From: an uncultured Eubacteriales bacterium
GTDB taxonomy: Bacteria; Bacillota; Clostridia; Christensenellales; Aristaeellaceae
Assembly: GCA_902767315.1 (NCBI GenBank)
Contig: CACXHB010000112.1
Span: 1,496-25,495 of the forward strand
Reading direction: 5' to 3'
Length of the DNA stretch: 24,000 nucleotides
The translations under genes were made by a program, and so were the position numbers. The notes beneath the pieces were generated by a model. It did no database searches. It was not told where the DNA came from and saw nothing but the letters and a program-made list of their open reading frames with translations. Below are positions 8,213-16,587 of this stretch, piece after piece; position 1 is the first letter of the stretch; each line of letters begins with the position of its first letter.

Positions 8213-10711
8213 TTATGCCGTTTCGATGCCCGCGGCCTTCTGCAGCTTCAGCCGCGCGATGGCCTCTTCCCGCATCCTGTATTTCAGTATCTTGCCCGCC
8301 GCGTTCATGGGGAACCCCGTCACAAAGTCGATGTACCGGGGCACCTTGTGCCGGGCCATGTGCTCCCGCACATATTGCTTCATTTCGTCCGCGGTCATGC
8401 TCTCCCCTTCCTTCAGCACCACGCAGGCCATGATCTCCTCGCCGTACTGCTCGTCCGGCACGCCGATCACCTGCACGTCGCTGACCTTGGGGTGGGTGTA
8501 AATGAATTCCTCAATCTCCTTGGGATAAATGTTCTCGCCGCCCCGGATAATCATGTCCTTCAGCCGGCCGGTAATGCGGAAATTGCCGTCCTCGGTCTTG
8601 CAGGCCAGATCGCCCGTGTGCAGCCAGCCGTCCTTGTCGATGGCCCGCACGGTTTCGTCGGGCATCTTGTAATATCCCTTCATCAGGTTGTATCCCCGGG
8701 CCACGAATTCGCCGATTTCCCCGGTGGGCAGCTCCCTGCCGGTGTCCGGGTCGATAATCCGGCATTCGATTTCCGGCATGGCCCGGCCCACGGTGCCCAC
8801 CCGCACCTCCAGCGGGTCGTCCGTGGAGGACATGGTGCATCCCGGGGAAGCCTCCGTCTGGCCGTATACAATCACGATTTCCGACATGTGCATCTTGTTC
8901 ACCACGTCCCGCATTTTGGAAATGGGGCAGGGAGAACCGGCCATGATGCCCGTGCGCATGCAGGAAAAATCCGTCTTTTCAAAGTCCGGATGCTCCAATA
9001 GCGCCACAAACATGGTGGGCACGCCGTGGAAGCAGGTGATGTGCTCCTGATGAATGCAGGCCAGGGCGGGCTTGGCGGAAAAATAGGGCAGGGGCAGTAT
9101 GGTAGCCCCGTGGGTCATGGCCGCGGTCATGGCCAGCACCATACCAAAGCAGTGGAACATGGGCACCTGAATCATCATCCGGTCCGCGGTGGAAAGATCC
9201 ATCCGGTCGCCGATGCATTTGCCGTTGTTGACCACGTTGTAATGGGTCAGCATCACGCCCTTGGGAAATCCCGTGGTGCCGGAAGTGTACTGCATGTTGC
9301 ATACGTCGTGGGGCGAAACCTGCGCCGCCATGCGCAATACTTCCTGATGGGGCACCGTCCTGCCCCGCTCCAGGGCCTCTTCCCAGGTCACGGCCCCCGC
9401 CTGGCGGAAGCCCACGGTGATGATGTTCCGCAAAAAGGGCAGCCGGTGGCTGTGCAGGAACTGCCCGGGTCGGGTCTCCGCCAATTCCGGACAAAGCTCG
9501 TTCATAATGGCCTGATAATCGCTGTCCTTGTTGGATTTCTCCATAATCAGCGTGTGGGTGTCCGATTGCTTCAGCAGATATTCCGCCTCGTGAATCTTGT
9601 AAGCGGTGTTCATGGTCACCAGCACCGCGCCGATTTTGGTGGTGGCCCAGAAGGCGATGAACCACTGGGGCAGGTTGGTGGCCCAGATGGTCACGTGGCT
9701 GCCCGCCTTCACCCCCAGGGCGATCAGCGCCCGGGCGAAGTCGTCCACGTCGTCCCGGAACTGGGCGTAGGTACGGGTGTAGTTGAGGGTGGTGTATTTA
9801 ATGGCCTGCTGGTCGGGGAATTCCTCCACCATCCGGTCCAGCACCTTGGAAAACGTGCAGTCGATCAGGGCGTCCTTGGTCCATACGTACCGGCCCGTGT
9901 GCCGCCGGTTGAAGTGCAGCGGCTTTTTCAGGGTGCGGGGGCTCTCGAACCGGTTCATGTAATTCACAAAATGGGGGAAGATGATCTCCCTGTCCTGCAA
10001 ATCCTCCATCCACTGGGGTTTCCACACCAGGGAAATGAACCCGTCGTAATTAATGGAAGCCAGCGCGTCCATCATGGCGGGAATGGGCAGCGTGCCCTCG
10101 CCGATAAGGTTGTATACTCCCTCGTCGTCGGAATCCCGCAATTGTACGTGGCGCACATACGCCCCCAGGTTTTTGATGGTCACCGCCGGGGTCTCCCCGT
10201 GGTCCCGCACCGTATGGTGCAAATCCCACGTGGCCGCCAGCTCGTCGCAGGCAAAGTAGTTCATCAGATCCCGCAGCCGCTCGGTGTCCGCGTAAATTCC
10301 CGCGGTTTTGATCAGCACCGTCACCCGGTTCTCCGCCGCCCGGGGCAGAATCCGCCGCAGGCTCTCCCGCACCGCGTCCTCGTTTTCCCCGGATGCGTAT
10401 ACCCCGATGTAGGGCACCCGCAAATCCGCCGCCAGCCGGGTCAATTGCTCCATGGCCCGCACCGCGTCCTCTACCTCGCCGGACAGGTCAATCGAACTGT
10501 CCAGACAGGGAATCTCCAGCTTTTTCTCCGCCAGCAGCCGCACGGTGGAGGAAATGCAATATTGATGAAAGGGCCCGCTTTTGTCGAAAAGGGCCTTCTG
10601 CATGTGGGCGTTGTAGATTTCCACGCCGGAAAAGCGCATTTCTCCGGCCATGCGAATCCATTCTTCCCAGGGCGCGCCCTCCCAGCCCCGGGTGGAAAAG
10701 GAGAGCTTCAT
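8213..10711 (-). CDS. Fusion protein: N-terminal xylose-isomerase-like TIM barrel (sugar phosphate isomerase/epimerase, AP-endonuclease-2 fold, ~270 aa) plus C-terminal AMP-dependent acyl-CoA synthetase (FadD/ACSF2-like, ~560 aa)
   Basis: The N-terminus MKLSFSTRGWEGAPWEEWIRMAGEMRFSGVEIYN...VTVLIKT...WDLHHT...HVQLRDSD...GEGTLPIPAMMDALASINYDGFISLVWKP fits the TIM-barrel family pattern. The C-terminus carries MQYTSGTTGFPKGVMLTHYNV, YGQTEASP, GWLHTGDLACKTEDGNFRITGRLKDMIIRGGENIYPKEIE and AGKILK (adenylate-forming A3/A5/A8/A10 motifs). There is one uninterrupted ORF. The start overlaps the upstream stop (ATGA). Confidence 0.85.
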   Translation of the reverse strand: MKLSFSTRGWEGAPWEEWIRMAGEMRFSGVEIYNAHMQKALFDKSGPFHQYCISSTVRLLAEKKLEIPCLDSSIDLSGEVEDAVRAMEQLTRLAADLRVPYIGVYASGENEDAVRESLRRILPRAAENRVTVLIKTAGIYADTERLRDLMNYFACDELAATWDLHHTVRDHGETPAVTIKNLGAYVRHVQLRDSDDEGVYNLIGEGTLPIPAMMDALASINYDGFISLVWKPQWMEDLQDREIIFPHFVNYMNRFESPRTLKKPLHFNRRHTGRYVWTKDALIDCTFSKVLDRMVEEFPDQQAIKYTTLNYTRTYAQFRDDVDDFARALIALGVKAGSHVTIWATNLPQWFIAFWATTKIGAVLVTMNTAYKIHEAEYLLKQSDTHTLIMEKSNKDSDYQAIMNELCPELAETRPGQFLHSHRLPFLRNIITVGFRQAGAVTWEEALERGRTVPHQEVLRMAAQVSPHDVCNMQYTSGTTGFPKGVMLTHYNVVNNGKCIGDRMDLSTADRMMIQVPMFHCFGMVLAMTAAMTHGATILPLPYFSAKPALACIHQEHITCFHGVPTMFVALLEHPDFEKTDFSCMRTGIMAGSPCPISKMRDVVNKMHMSEIVIVYGQTEASPGCTMSSTDDPLEVRVGTVGRAMPEIECRIIDPDTGRELPTGEIGEFVARGYNLMKGYYKMPDETVRAIDKDGWLHTGDLACKTEDGNFRITGRLKDMIIRGGENIYPKEIEEFIYTHPKVSDVQVIGVPDEQYGEEIMACVVLKEGESMTADEMKQYVREHMARHKVPRYIDFVTGFPMNAAGKILKYRMREEAIARLKLQKAAGIETA

Positions 10712-12132
10712 GCTTCGGCCTCCTCATATACGATTTTGTTCAGCGCGCTGACGTAGGCCCGGATGCTGGCCCCCACCACGTCCGTGGAAATGCCCCGCCC
10801 GGAATACAGCTTGCCCCCGGAGCGCAGCCGCACGATGGTTTCGCCCATGGCCTCCCGGCCCTGGGTCACGGCCTGAATCTGGAAATCGTCCAGTTCGTAG
10901 TGGTGCCCCACAATCTGCTCCACCGCCAGGAACGCCGCGTCGATGGGCCCGTCTCCCAGACACACTCCCTCCAGCTTCGTCTCGCCCTTGTAAAGCACCA
11001 GATGAGCGCTGGCGGAAACGGTGTTGCCGCAGGTCACCAGATACGTGTCCACCCGGTAAGTGGGGGGCACCTGCATGGCCGCGGAGGCCACGATGGTGTC
11101 CAACTCCTTGGCGCTGAGGCTCTCCTTCCGGGCGGCGATGCGCTGGAAGGCCTCGTATACCCGGGCCACGTCCTCTTCGGACAGGTCGTAGCCGATCTTC
11201 TTCACCGCGTCGGCCACGGCGGCGCGGTCGTCGTGGGCGGAAAGCACCACGTCCGCGTGGGCCGCGGCGGACTGCACCCCGCTGTCAAAGGGGGATTTCG
11301 CGTCCCGGCTGGTGCGGCACATCCATTCGATCTGGTCCGTCACCCGCTTCAGTTCCGTGTTGTAAAGGTCGCTGCCCACGCCCATGGCCACGCCCCGGCT
11401 CTGCATCACCGCGGAAAAGTGGTTGATGCTGGTCACGTTGCCTTTGCAGGAAATGACCTTGATCTCCCGGGCCCCGCAGCGCACCGCCGCCGTGGCGCAG
11501 GCCGTGGCCATGTTCATCTCGTCCGAACACATGACCCCCAGCCGCACGCTGTCCATTTCCGGCACCGCGGCCTTGATCTCTTCCAGAAATTGCGTAAATT
11601 CGTCCGGGAACATCAGTCCTGCAGTGTCGCACAGGGTAATCACCGTGGCGCCGGCGGAAATGGCCGTGCGGATGGCCCGGCAGAGGAACTCCCTTTCGCT
11701 GCGGCAGGCATCGTCCGCAATGAATTCCACCTCGCCGCATTTTTCCCGGCATTGGGCGATCAGCCCCGCGATGGTCTCCAGGGTCTTTTCCGGCTTCTTG
11801 TGCCAGAAATATTCCATCTGGGTGGGGCTCATGGGGGCCTCCACCTGCAGCCGGGGATTTACCGCGTTTTTCAGCGCTTCGTAAGTGTCCTCCACGCTGC
11901 CCTCCTCCAGGGTCACGGGCGCGGCGATGGTGGCGTGCTTCACCGCCATGGCGATGGATTTAATCAAAAGGCTGTCGATTTTCCGGCTGCGGATGGGGCT
12001 GACCTCGATGACGCTGACGTTCAGCCGGTCCAGCAGCTTCGCCAGCTCGATTTTCTCCTTAAAGCTCAGGGAAAGCTCCGGGGCCTGGTCGGCAACCTTC
12101 ATGGTAATATCGCTTACGCCAATGTTCTGCAT
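10708..12132 (-). CDS. 2-isopropylmalate/citramalate synthase homologue with a degenerate catalytic site and a conserved C-terminal LeuA allosteric/dimerisation domain (probable pseudoenzyme or sensor)
   Basis: The HMGL-like barrel is alignable to LeuA, but DTTLRDGEQ is replaced by DITMKVADQ, HxH(N/D)D by MCSDE, and GIGERAGN by CKGNVTSI. DTAGL (for DTVGY) is kept. The C-terminus GDGPIDAAFLAVEQIVG...FQIQAVTQGREAMGETIVRLRSGGKLYSGRGISTDVVGASIRAYVSALNKI is a well-conserved LeuA regulatory domain. AGGAGG RBS. Confidence 0.75.
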   Translation of the reverse strand: MQNIGVSDITMKVADQAPELSLSFKEKIELAKLLDRLNVSVIEVSPIRSRKIDSLLIKSIAMAVKHATIAAPVTLEEGSVEDTYEALKNAVNPRLQVEAPMSPTQMEYFWHKKPEKTLETIAGLIAQCREKCGEVEFIADDACRSEREFLCRAIRTAISAGATVITLCDTAGLMFPDEFTQFLEEIKAAVPEMDSVRLGVMCSDEMNMATACATAAVRCGAREIKVISCKGNVTSINHFSAVMQSRGVAMGVGSDLYNTELKRVTDQIEWMCRTSRDAKSPFDSGVQSAAAHADVVLSAHDDRAAVADAVKKIGYDLSEEDVARVYEAFQRIAARKESLSAKELDTIVASAAMQVPPTYRVDTYLVTCGNTVSASAHLVLYKGETKLEGVCLGDGPIDAAFLAVEQIVGHHYELDDFQIQAVTQGREAMGETIVRLRSGGKLYSGRGISTDVVGASIRAYVSALNKIVYEEAEA

Positions 12133-12175
12133 GGACTTGTGTCCTCCTGTATGGTTTGATGTTTTCGCGGCCGCG

Positions 12176-13243
12176 TCAAATGCGCAGGGTCCACCCGAAG
12201 GGATCCTCGATCTTGCCCCACTGAATGCCGGTAAGGGTGTCGTACAGCATGTGGGTCACTTCACCGATCTCGCCGCCGTTTACGATGTACGTCCTGTCTT
12301 TGTAAGCCAGCTTGCCGATGGGCGAAATCACCGCGGCGGTGCCGCAGCCCCAGGCCTCTTCCAGGGTGCCGTTTTCCATGGCGGCGGCCAGTTCGTCCAC
12401 GCTCAGCAGGCGCTCTACTACATTGTAGCCCTTGCCGCGCAAAACGTCAATGCAGCTTTTCCGGGTAACGCCGGGCAAAATGGAGCCCGTCAGCGCCGGG
12501 GTCACCACTTCGCCGGAAATTTTGAACATCACGTTCATGGCGCCCACTTCTTCAATGTACTTGCGCTCCACGCCGTCCAGCCACAAAACCTGGCTGTATC
12601 CCTGCCGTTCGGCCCGCTCGCCGGCCCGGTTGGAGGCCGCGTAATTGCCGCCGCACTTGGCGTATCCCGTGCCGCCCCGCACCGCACGCACGTCCTGATC
12701 CTCGATCATGATGCCCACGGGGTTGATGCCTTCCTTATAATAGCTGCCCACCGGGGAAAGAATCACGCAGAAGGCGGCGTGCTCCACCGCGTGCACCCCC
12801 AGCGTCTCGTCCGTTCCGAAGGTGAAGGGCCGAATGTACAGGCTGGTGCCTTCCAGATGGGGCACCCAGTCCTCCTCCATCTTCACCAGCGTGGTCACCA
12901 CCTGCAAAAAGTCCTCCTCCGGCAGCTGGGGCAGACACAGCCGCTCCGCGGAATTCATCATTCGCCGGGCGTTTTCCCAGGGGCGGAACAGCTGCACGCC
13001 GCCGTCCTTTCTGCGGTAAGCCTTCAGTCCTTCGAAAATCTCCGCGCCGTAGTGAAGACAGGTGGAGGCCGGATGCATGGAGAAGTTGCCGAAGGGGACG
13101 ATCCGGGCGTCGTGCCAGCCCTTTTCCCTGTCCCAGTCCACCATCGCCATGTAATCGGTAAAAATCTTTCCAAAGCCCAGCTTGGTCTCGTCGGCGGGCT
13201 TTTCCTTCAGCTGCGCGCATTTTTCCACACGGATGTCCAACAT
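12176..13243 (-). CDS. ilvE: Branched-chain amino acid aminotransferase (fold-type IV PLP enzyme, ~355-aa type)
   Basis: KLGFGKIFTDYM, HYGAEIFEGLKAYR, GTGYAKCGGNYAAS, LTGSILPGVTR and GCGTAAVISPI motifs. I chose the start at 13243 (MLDIRVEK) because GGGAGGAG lies 7 nt upstream. The track ORF begins 24 nt earlier, at 13267. Confidence 0.9.
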   Translation of the reverse strand: MLDIRVEKCAQLKEKPADETKLGFGKIFTDYMAMVDWDREKGWHDARIVPFGNFSMHPASTCLHYGAEIFEGLKAYRRKDGGVQLFRPWENARRMMNSAERLCLPQLPEEDFLQVVTTLVKMEEDWVPHLEGTSLYIRPFTFGTDETLGVHAVEHAAFCVILSPVGSYYKEGINPVGIMIEDQDVRAVRGGTGYAKCGGNYAASNRAGERAERQGYSQVLWLDGVERKYIEEVGAMNVMFKISGEVVTPALTGSILPGVTRKSCIDVLRGKGYNVVERLLSVDELAAAMENGTLEEAWGCGTAAVISPIGKLAYKDRTYIVNGGEIGEVTHMLYDTLTGIQWGKIEDPFGWTLRI

Positions 13244-13280
13244 TTCTTTTCTCCTCCCTGCGTTCAAATCCCTGGGTTCT

Positions 13281-13814
13281 TTATTCGAAGTTCCGGCCCA
13301 TTTCCAGGGCCTTCCGGTTGAAATCGTACATCTCCGGGTGCTTCACGGAAACCACCTTTTTCAGCGCCGCCTCCACGTTTTCCGGCTCGTACTGCCCCAG
13401 TCGGGCCAGCATCGCCCCGGAAAGAATCATGTTGGCCAGGGTGGTCACCCCGTTTTCCCCGGCCATGCGGGTGGCGGGCACATATACCGCGTGCACGTCC
13501 TGCCGGCGCACCTTCCGCTCAATCAGCGTGGAATCCACAAAAATCCATCCGCCGGGGTTCACCGCGTCCTCGTATTTGTCCAGCGACGGCAGATTCATCA
13601 CCATCAAAACGTCCGGATGATCCACAATGGGGGAAGAAACCGGCTCGTCCCCGATGACCACCGAACAGTTGGCGGTGCCGCCCCGCATTTCCGGGCCGTA
13701 GGAGGGCAGCCAGGTCACCTGCTTTCCCTCCATCATGCCCTTGTTCACCAGAAACTTGCCCGCGAAGAGGATGCCCTGTCCGCCGAATCCGGCGATGAGA
13801 AAACGAGTGGTCAT
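13281..13814 (-). CDS. 2-oxoacid:ferredoxin oxidoreductase, gamma subunit
   Basis: [22 protein letters not shown]...[20 protein letters not shown] is the typical gamma-subunit signature. The start ATG at 13812-13814 overlaps the beta stop (ATGA). The longer track ORF start at 13889 lies inside the beta gene. Confidence 0.85.
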   Translation of the reverse strand: MTTRFLIAGFGGQGILFAGKFLVNKGMMEGKQVTWLPSYGPEMRGGTANCSVVIGDEPVSSPIVDHPDVLMVMNLPSLDKYEDAVNPGGWIFVDSTLIERKVRRQDVHAVYVPATRMAGENGVTTLANMILSGAMLARLGQYEPENVEAALKKVVSVKHPEMYDFNRKALEMGRNFE

Positions 13815-14566
13815 TTTGCCTCCTCCTTTGCGCTTCTGTCCTTGTAAACTCCCAGGGGATAATAGGGAATCATCTTGTCCTGCACCCATTCCAGCGCCTT
13901 TTCCGGCGTCATGCCCCAGTTGGTGGGACAGGCGGACAACACCTCCACCAGAGAAAATCCCTTCCCCGCCAGCTGGTTTTCAAATGCCTTTTTGATGGCC
14001 TTTTTCGCGGCCTTCACGTTTTTGACGTTGTTCACCGCCACCCGTTCCAGATATTCCGGCCCGTCCAGGGTGGAAAGCATTTCGCAGATCTTCACCGGAT
14101 ACCCGCAGGCCTTCACGTCCCTTCCGTAGGGCGAGGTCTGGGTCACCTGCCCGGGCAGGGAGGTGGGGGCCATCTGCCCGCCGGTCATGCCGTAAATGGC
14201 GTTGTTGATGAAAATAATGGTGATGTTCTCGTTCCGGGCCGCGGCGTGCACCGTCTCCGCCGTGCCGATGGAGGCCAGGTCTCCGTCTCCCTGATAGGTA
14301 AACACCACGTTGTGCTCCGGGTCGGCCCGCTTCAGTCCCGTGGCCACCGCGGGGGCCCGTCCGTGGGCCGCCTCCACCATGTCGCAGGCGAAATAATCAT
14401 ACGCCATCACCGCGCAGCCCACCGGCGCCACGCCGATGGTGCGTCCCTCGATGCCCAGTTCGTCGATCACTTCCGCCACCAGCCGGTGCACAATGCCGTG
14501 GGTGCACCCGGGGCAGTAATGCAGCGGTACGTCCAAAAGAGCGTGGGGTCGTTCAAATACCATCAT
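13811..14566 (-). CDS. 2-oxoacid:ferredoxin oxidoreductase, beta (TPP-binding) subunit
   Basis: [19 protein letters not shown], and the TPP motif [14 protein letters not shown]...[14 protein letters not shown]. The start overlaps the alpha stop. Confidence 0.9.
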   Translation of the reverse strand: MMVFERPHALLDVPLHYCPGCTHGIVHRLVAEVIDELGIEGRTIGVAPVGCAVMAYDYFACDMVEAAHGRAPAVATGLKRADPEHNVVFTYQGDGDLASIGTAETVHAAARNENITIIFINNAIYGMTGGQMAPTSLPGQVTQTSPYGRDVKACGYPVKICEMLSTLDGPEYLERVAVNNVKNVKAAKKAIKKAFENQLAGKGFSLVEVLSACPTNWGMTPEKALEWVQDKMIPYYPLGVYKDRSAKEEAK

Positions 14567-15627
14567 TTTTCGGCGCCTCCCTCCATGTTTTCGATTCCTC
14601 TGAGCACCTCTTCCGGGGAAGGAATGATGCCGCCCGCCCGATGAATCAGCTTCACCGGCCGTTTGCAGGAAATGGCCAGCCGCACGTCGTCAATCATCTG
14701 GCCCATGTTCAGTTCCACCGTGGCAAAGGATACGCACTTCTCCGCTGCGGCCGCCAGGGCCTTTTCCGGGAAGGGCCACAGGGTAATGGGCCGAATCATG
14801 CCCGCCCGAATGCCCTTTTTCCGGGCCTCGTCAATGGCCGCCTTGGTCACCCGCGCCGCAATGCCGAAGGCCACCAGGCAGTATTCCGCGTCCTCCATGC
14901 GGTATTCCTCCCACATGGCCTCCTTTTCCTGAATCCGCCCGTACCGCTGGAACCGCTCAAAGTTCTGCCGCTCCAGCTCCGCCGGGGCCAGGGAAAGGGA
15001 ATTGACGATGTTGTGCTTGCGGCCCATGCCCGTGCCGGTAACGGCCCAGGACTTGTCGAATTCCTTTTTCTCGATTTTCGGAATTTCCACCGGCTCCATC
15101 ATCTGGCCCATGGTGCCGTCCGCCAGTATCATGGCCGTCATCCGGTATTCGTCCGCCAGGTCAAAGCCCTTCACCGTCAAATCGGCCATTTCCTGCACGC
15201 TGGCCGGGGCCAGCACGATCATCCGGAAATCCCCGTGTCCGCCGCCCTTGGTGGCCTGGAAGTAGTCCGATTGAGAGGGCTGAATGCCCCCCAGCCCCGG
15301 GCCGCCCCGCTGCACGTTCACCACCAGCGCCGGCAGATCCGCCCCCGCCAGATAGGAAAGCCCCTCGCTCTTCAGGGAAATTCCCGGGCTGGAGGAAGAG
15401 GTCATCACCCGATGCCCGGTGGAAGAGACGCCGTAAACCATGTTGATGGCGGCGATTTCACTTTCCGCCTGCAGAAACACGCCGCCGATTTTGGGCATGC
15501 GTTTGGCCATGTAGGCCGCCACTTCCGTCTGCGGCGTAATGGGATATCCGAAATAATGCCGGCATCCGGCCATGATGGCCGCCTCGGCAATGGCTTCGTT
15601 GCCCTTCATCAGTACCTTGTCCGCCAT
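14563..15627 (-). CDS. vorB: 2-oxoacid:ferredoxin oxidoreductase, alpha subunit (VorB-like; substrate not assignable from sequence alone)
   Basis: [36 protein letters not shown]...[15 protein letters not shown]... is the typical four-subunit OFOR alpha N-terminus. The vorB label rests on resemblance to proteins I recall being annotated that way, plus the BCAT context. Confidence 0.8.
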   Translation of the reverse strand: MADKVLMKGNEAIAEAAIMAGCRHYFGYPITPQTEVAAYMAKRMPKIGGVFLQAESEIAAINMVYGVSSTGHRVMTSSSSPGISLKSEGLSYLAGADLPALVVNVQRGGPGLGGIQPSQSDYFQATKGGGHGDFRMIVLAPASVQEMADLTVKGFDLADEYRMTAMILADGTMGQMMEPVEIPKIEKKEFDKSWAVTGTGMGRKHNIVNSLSLAPAELERQNFERFQRYGRIQEKEAMWEEYRMEDAEYCLVAFGIAARVTKAAIDEARKKGIRAGMIRPITLWPFPEKALAAAAEKCVSFATVELNMGQMIDDVRLAISCKRPVKLIHRAGGIIPSPEEVLRGIENMEGGAEK

Positions 15628-15645
15628 GAAATTCGCCTGCCTTTC

Positions 15646-15852
15646 TTATCGCTCCACCGTAATCACGCAATCGGGGCACATGGTGGCGCAGAAGGCGCAG
15701 CCCACGCAGGCCTCGGGGTTCGTGATCTCGGCGGGATGGTGTCCTTTTTGATTGATGCGGTCCCGTGCGATGCGAATGAGCTTTTTGGGGCACGCGCCTA
15801 CGCACAGTCCGCAGCCCTTACAGCGGTCCACCTGAAACGTGATCTTTGCCAT
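15646..15852 (-). CDS. 2x[4Fe-4S] ferredoxin (OFOR delta subunit), 68 aa
   Basis: Two CxxCxxCxxxCP motifs: CKGCGLCVGACP and CVGCAFCATMCP. It lies immediately upstream of the alpha subunit. Confidence 0.85.
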   Translation of the reverse strand: MAKITFQVDRCKGCGLCVGACPKKLIRIARDRINQKGHHPAEITNPEACVGCAFCATMCPDCVITVER

Positions 15853-15903
15853 GTTCGCTCCTCTTTTCGTCGTCGTTGTAAGATAAAATCGAATGCTTCG
15901 CGT

Positions 15904-16566
15904 TTATCGTATCTTGTCCTGCAGCCGCAGGGGGAAAAGGTTTTCGATCTTCCCTTCCAGATAGGGAATCAGTTCCGCCTTTGCGGTGGTCATCTTCAGC
16001 GGCAGCCCCGCCCTGCGGCAGATTTCCCGGGCGTATCCGTCGGAAGAAAGCACGTCCCGGGGGGCGGTGTCGTCTCCAATGTTGGAATTGTTCACCACGC
16101 CGGTAAAGGGCATCCCCGCCGCCGCCTGAATTTCCGCCATCACCTCCAGGGCGCTGTCCGCGTCCCGGGTCAGGGGGCGAAAGCAGTTCACCACCATCAG
16201 CATCTCCCAGTCTCCTTCCGCCATCAGCCCTTCCCGCCATCGGCCCAGGGCCAGGGCCCCCCGGTCGTCGCCGCCCACGTCCACCACGGCGGAAAGGCCG
16301 ATATCGTCGGTAATGGCGTATACCTCGTCGGGCAGGGCGGGCAAATCCACGTTGGAACCCGCAAAGGGCGAGGCGATCAGCCGAATGCCGTCCCGCTCCA
16401 GCTCCTCCCGGGAATCCTCCGTGCGGAAATAGGGGTTCACAATGTCAATGTCCGCAATGGCCACCCGGGGCCGGGTCTTTTTTAAATGATGGGCCACGTT
16501 CACGGCGATGTTGGTTTTGCCGCTGCCGTAATGGCCGCTGAAAATCACAATGCGCTTGAAATCCAT
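15904..16566 (-). CDS. P-loop NTPase of the MinD/ParA/CooC (SIMIBI) type, 220 aa; first gene of the T-box operon
   Basis: MDFKRIVIFSGHYGSGKTNIAVN carries Walker A GxxGSGKT right at the N-terminus, followed by VAIADIDIVNPYF and a Walker-B-like AVVDVGGDD. The start at 16566 is preceded by GAAGGAGG. The track ORF start at 16707 would run through the T-box terminator hairpin. Confidence 0.7.
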   Translation of the reverse strand: MDFKRIVIFSGHYGSGKTNIAVNVAHHLKKTRPRVAIADIDIVNPYFRTEDSREELERDGIRLIASPFAGSNVDLPALPDEVYAITDDIGLSAVVDVGGDDRGALALGRWREGLMAEGDWEMLMVVNCFRPLTRDADSALEVMAEIQAAAGMPFTGVVNNSNIGDDTAPRDVLSSDGYAREICRRAGLPLKMTTAKAELIPYLEGKIENLFPLRLQDKIR

Positions 16567-16587
16567 GCCGCCCCTCCTTCTGCCGGT

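Noticed and set aside
13815-13889. Longer start (13889) for the OFOR gamma subunit, and the longer starts 13267 (ilvE), 21763 (SBP) and 23472 (GNAT).
   Set aside because: In each case an internal ATG is preceded by a well-spaced GGAGG-like RBS and yields the canonical family N-terminus or signal peptide. The longer versions overlap the upstream gene or leader.
8213-16566. Reading the OFOR/BCAT/acyl-CoA synthetase cluster as an oxidative (Stickland-type) BCAA degradation operon.
   Set aside because: Not fully excluded. However, T-box control induces genes when tRNA is uncharged, i.e. when the amino acid is scarce, which is the opposite of what a catabolic operon needs. AMP-forming ligases also favour acid activation rather than ATP-yielding CoA release. 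I therefore favour the biosynthetic direction.
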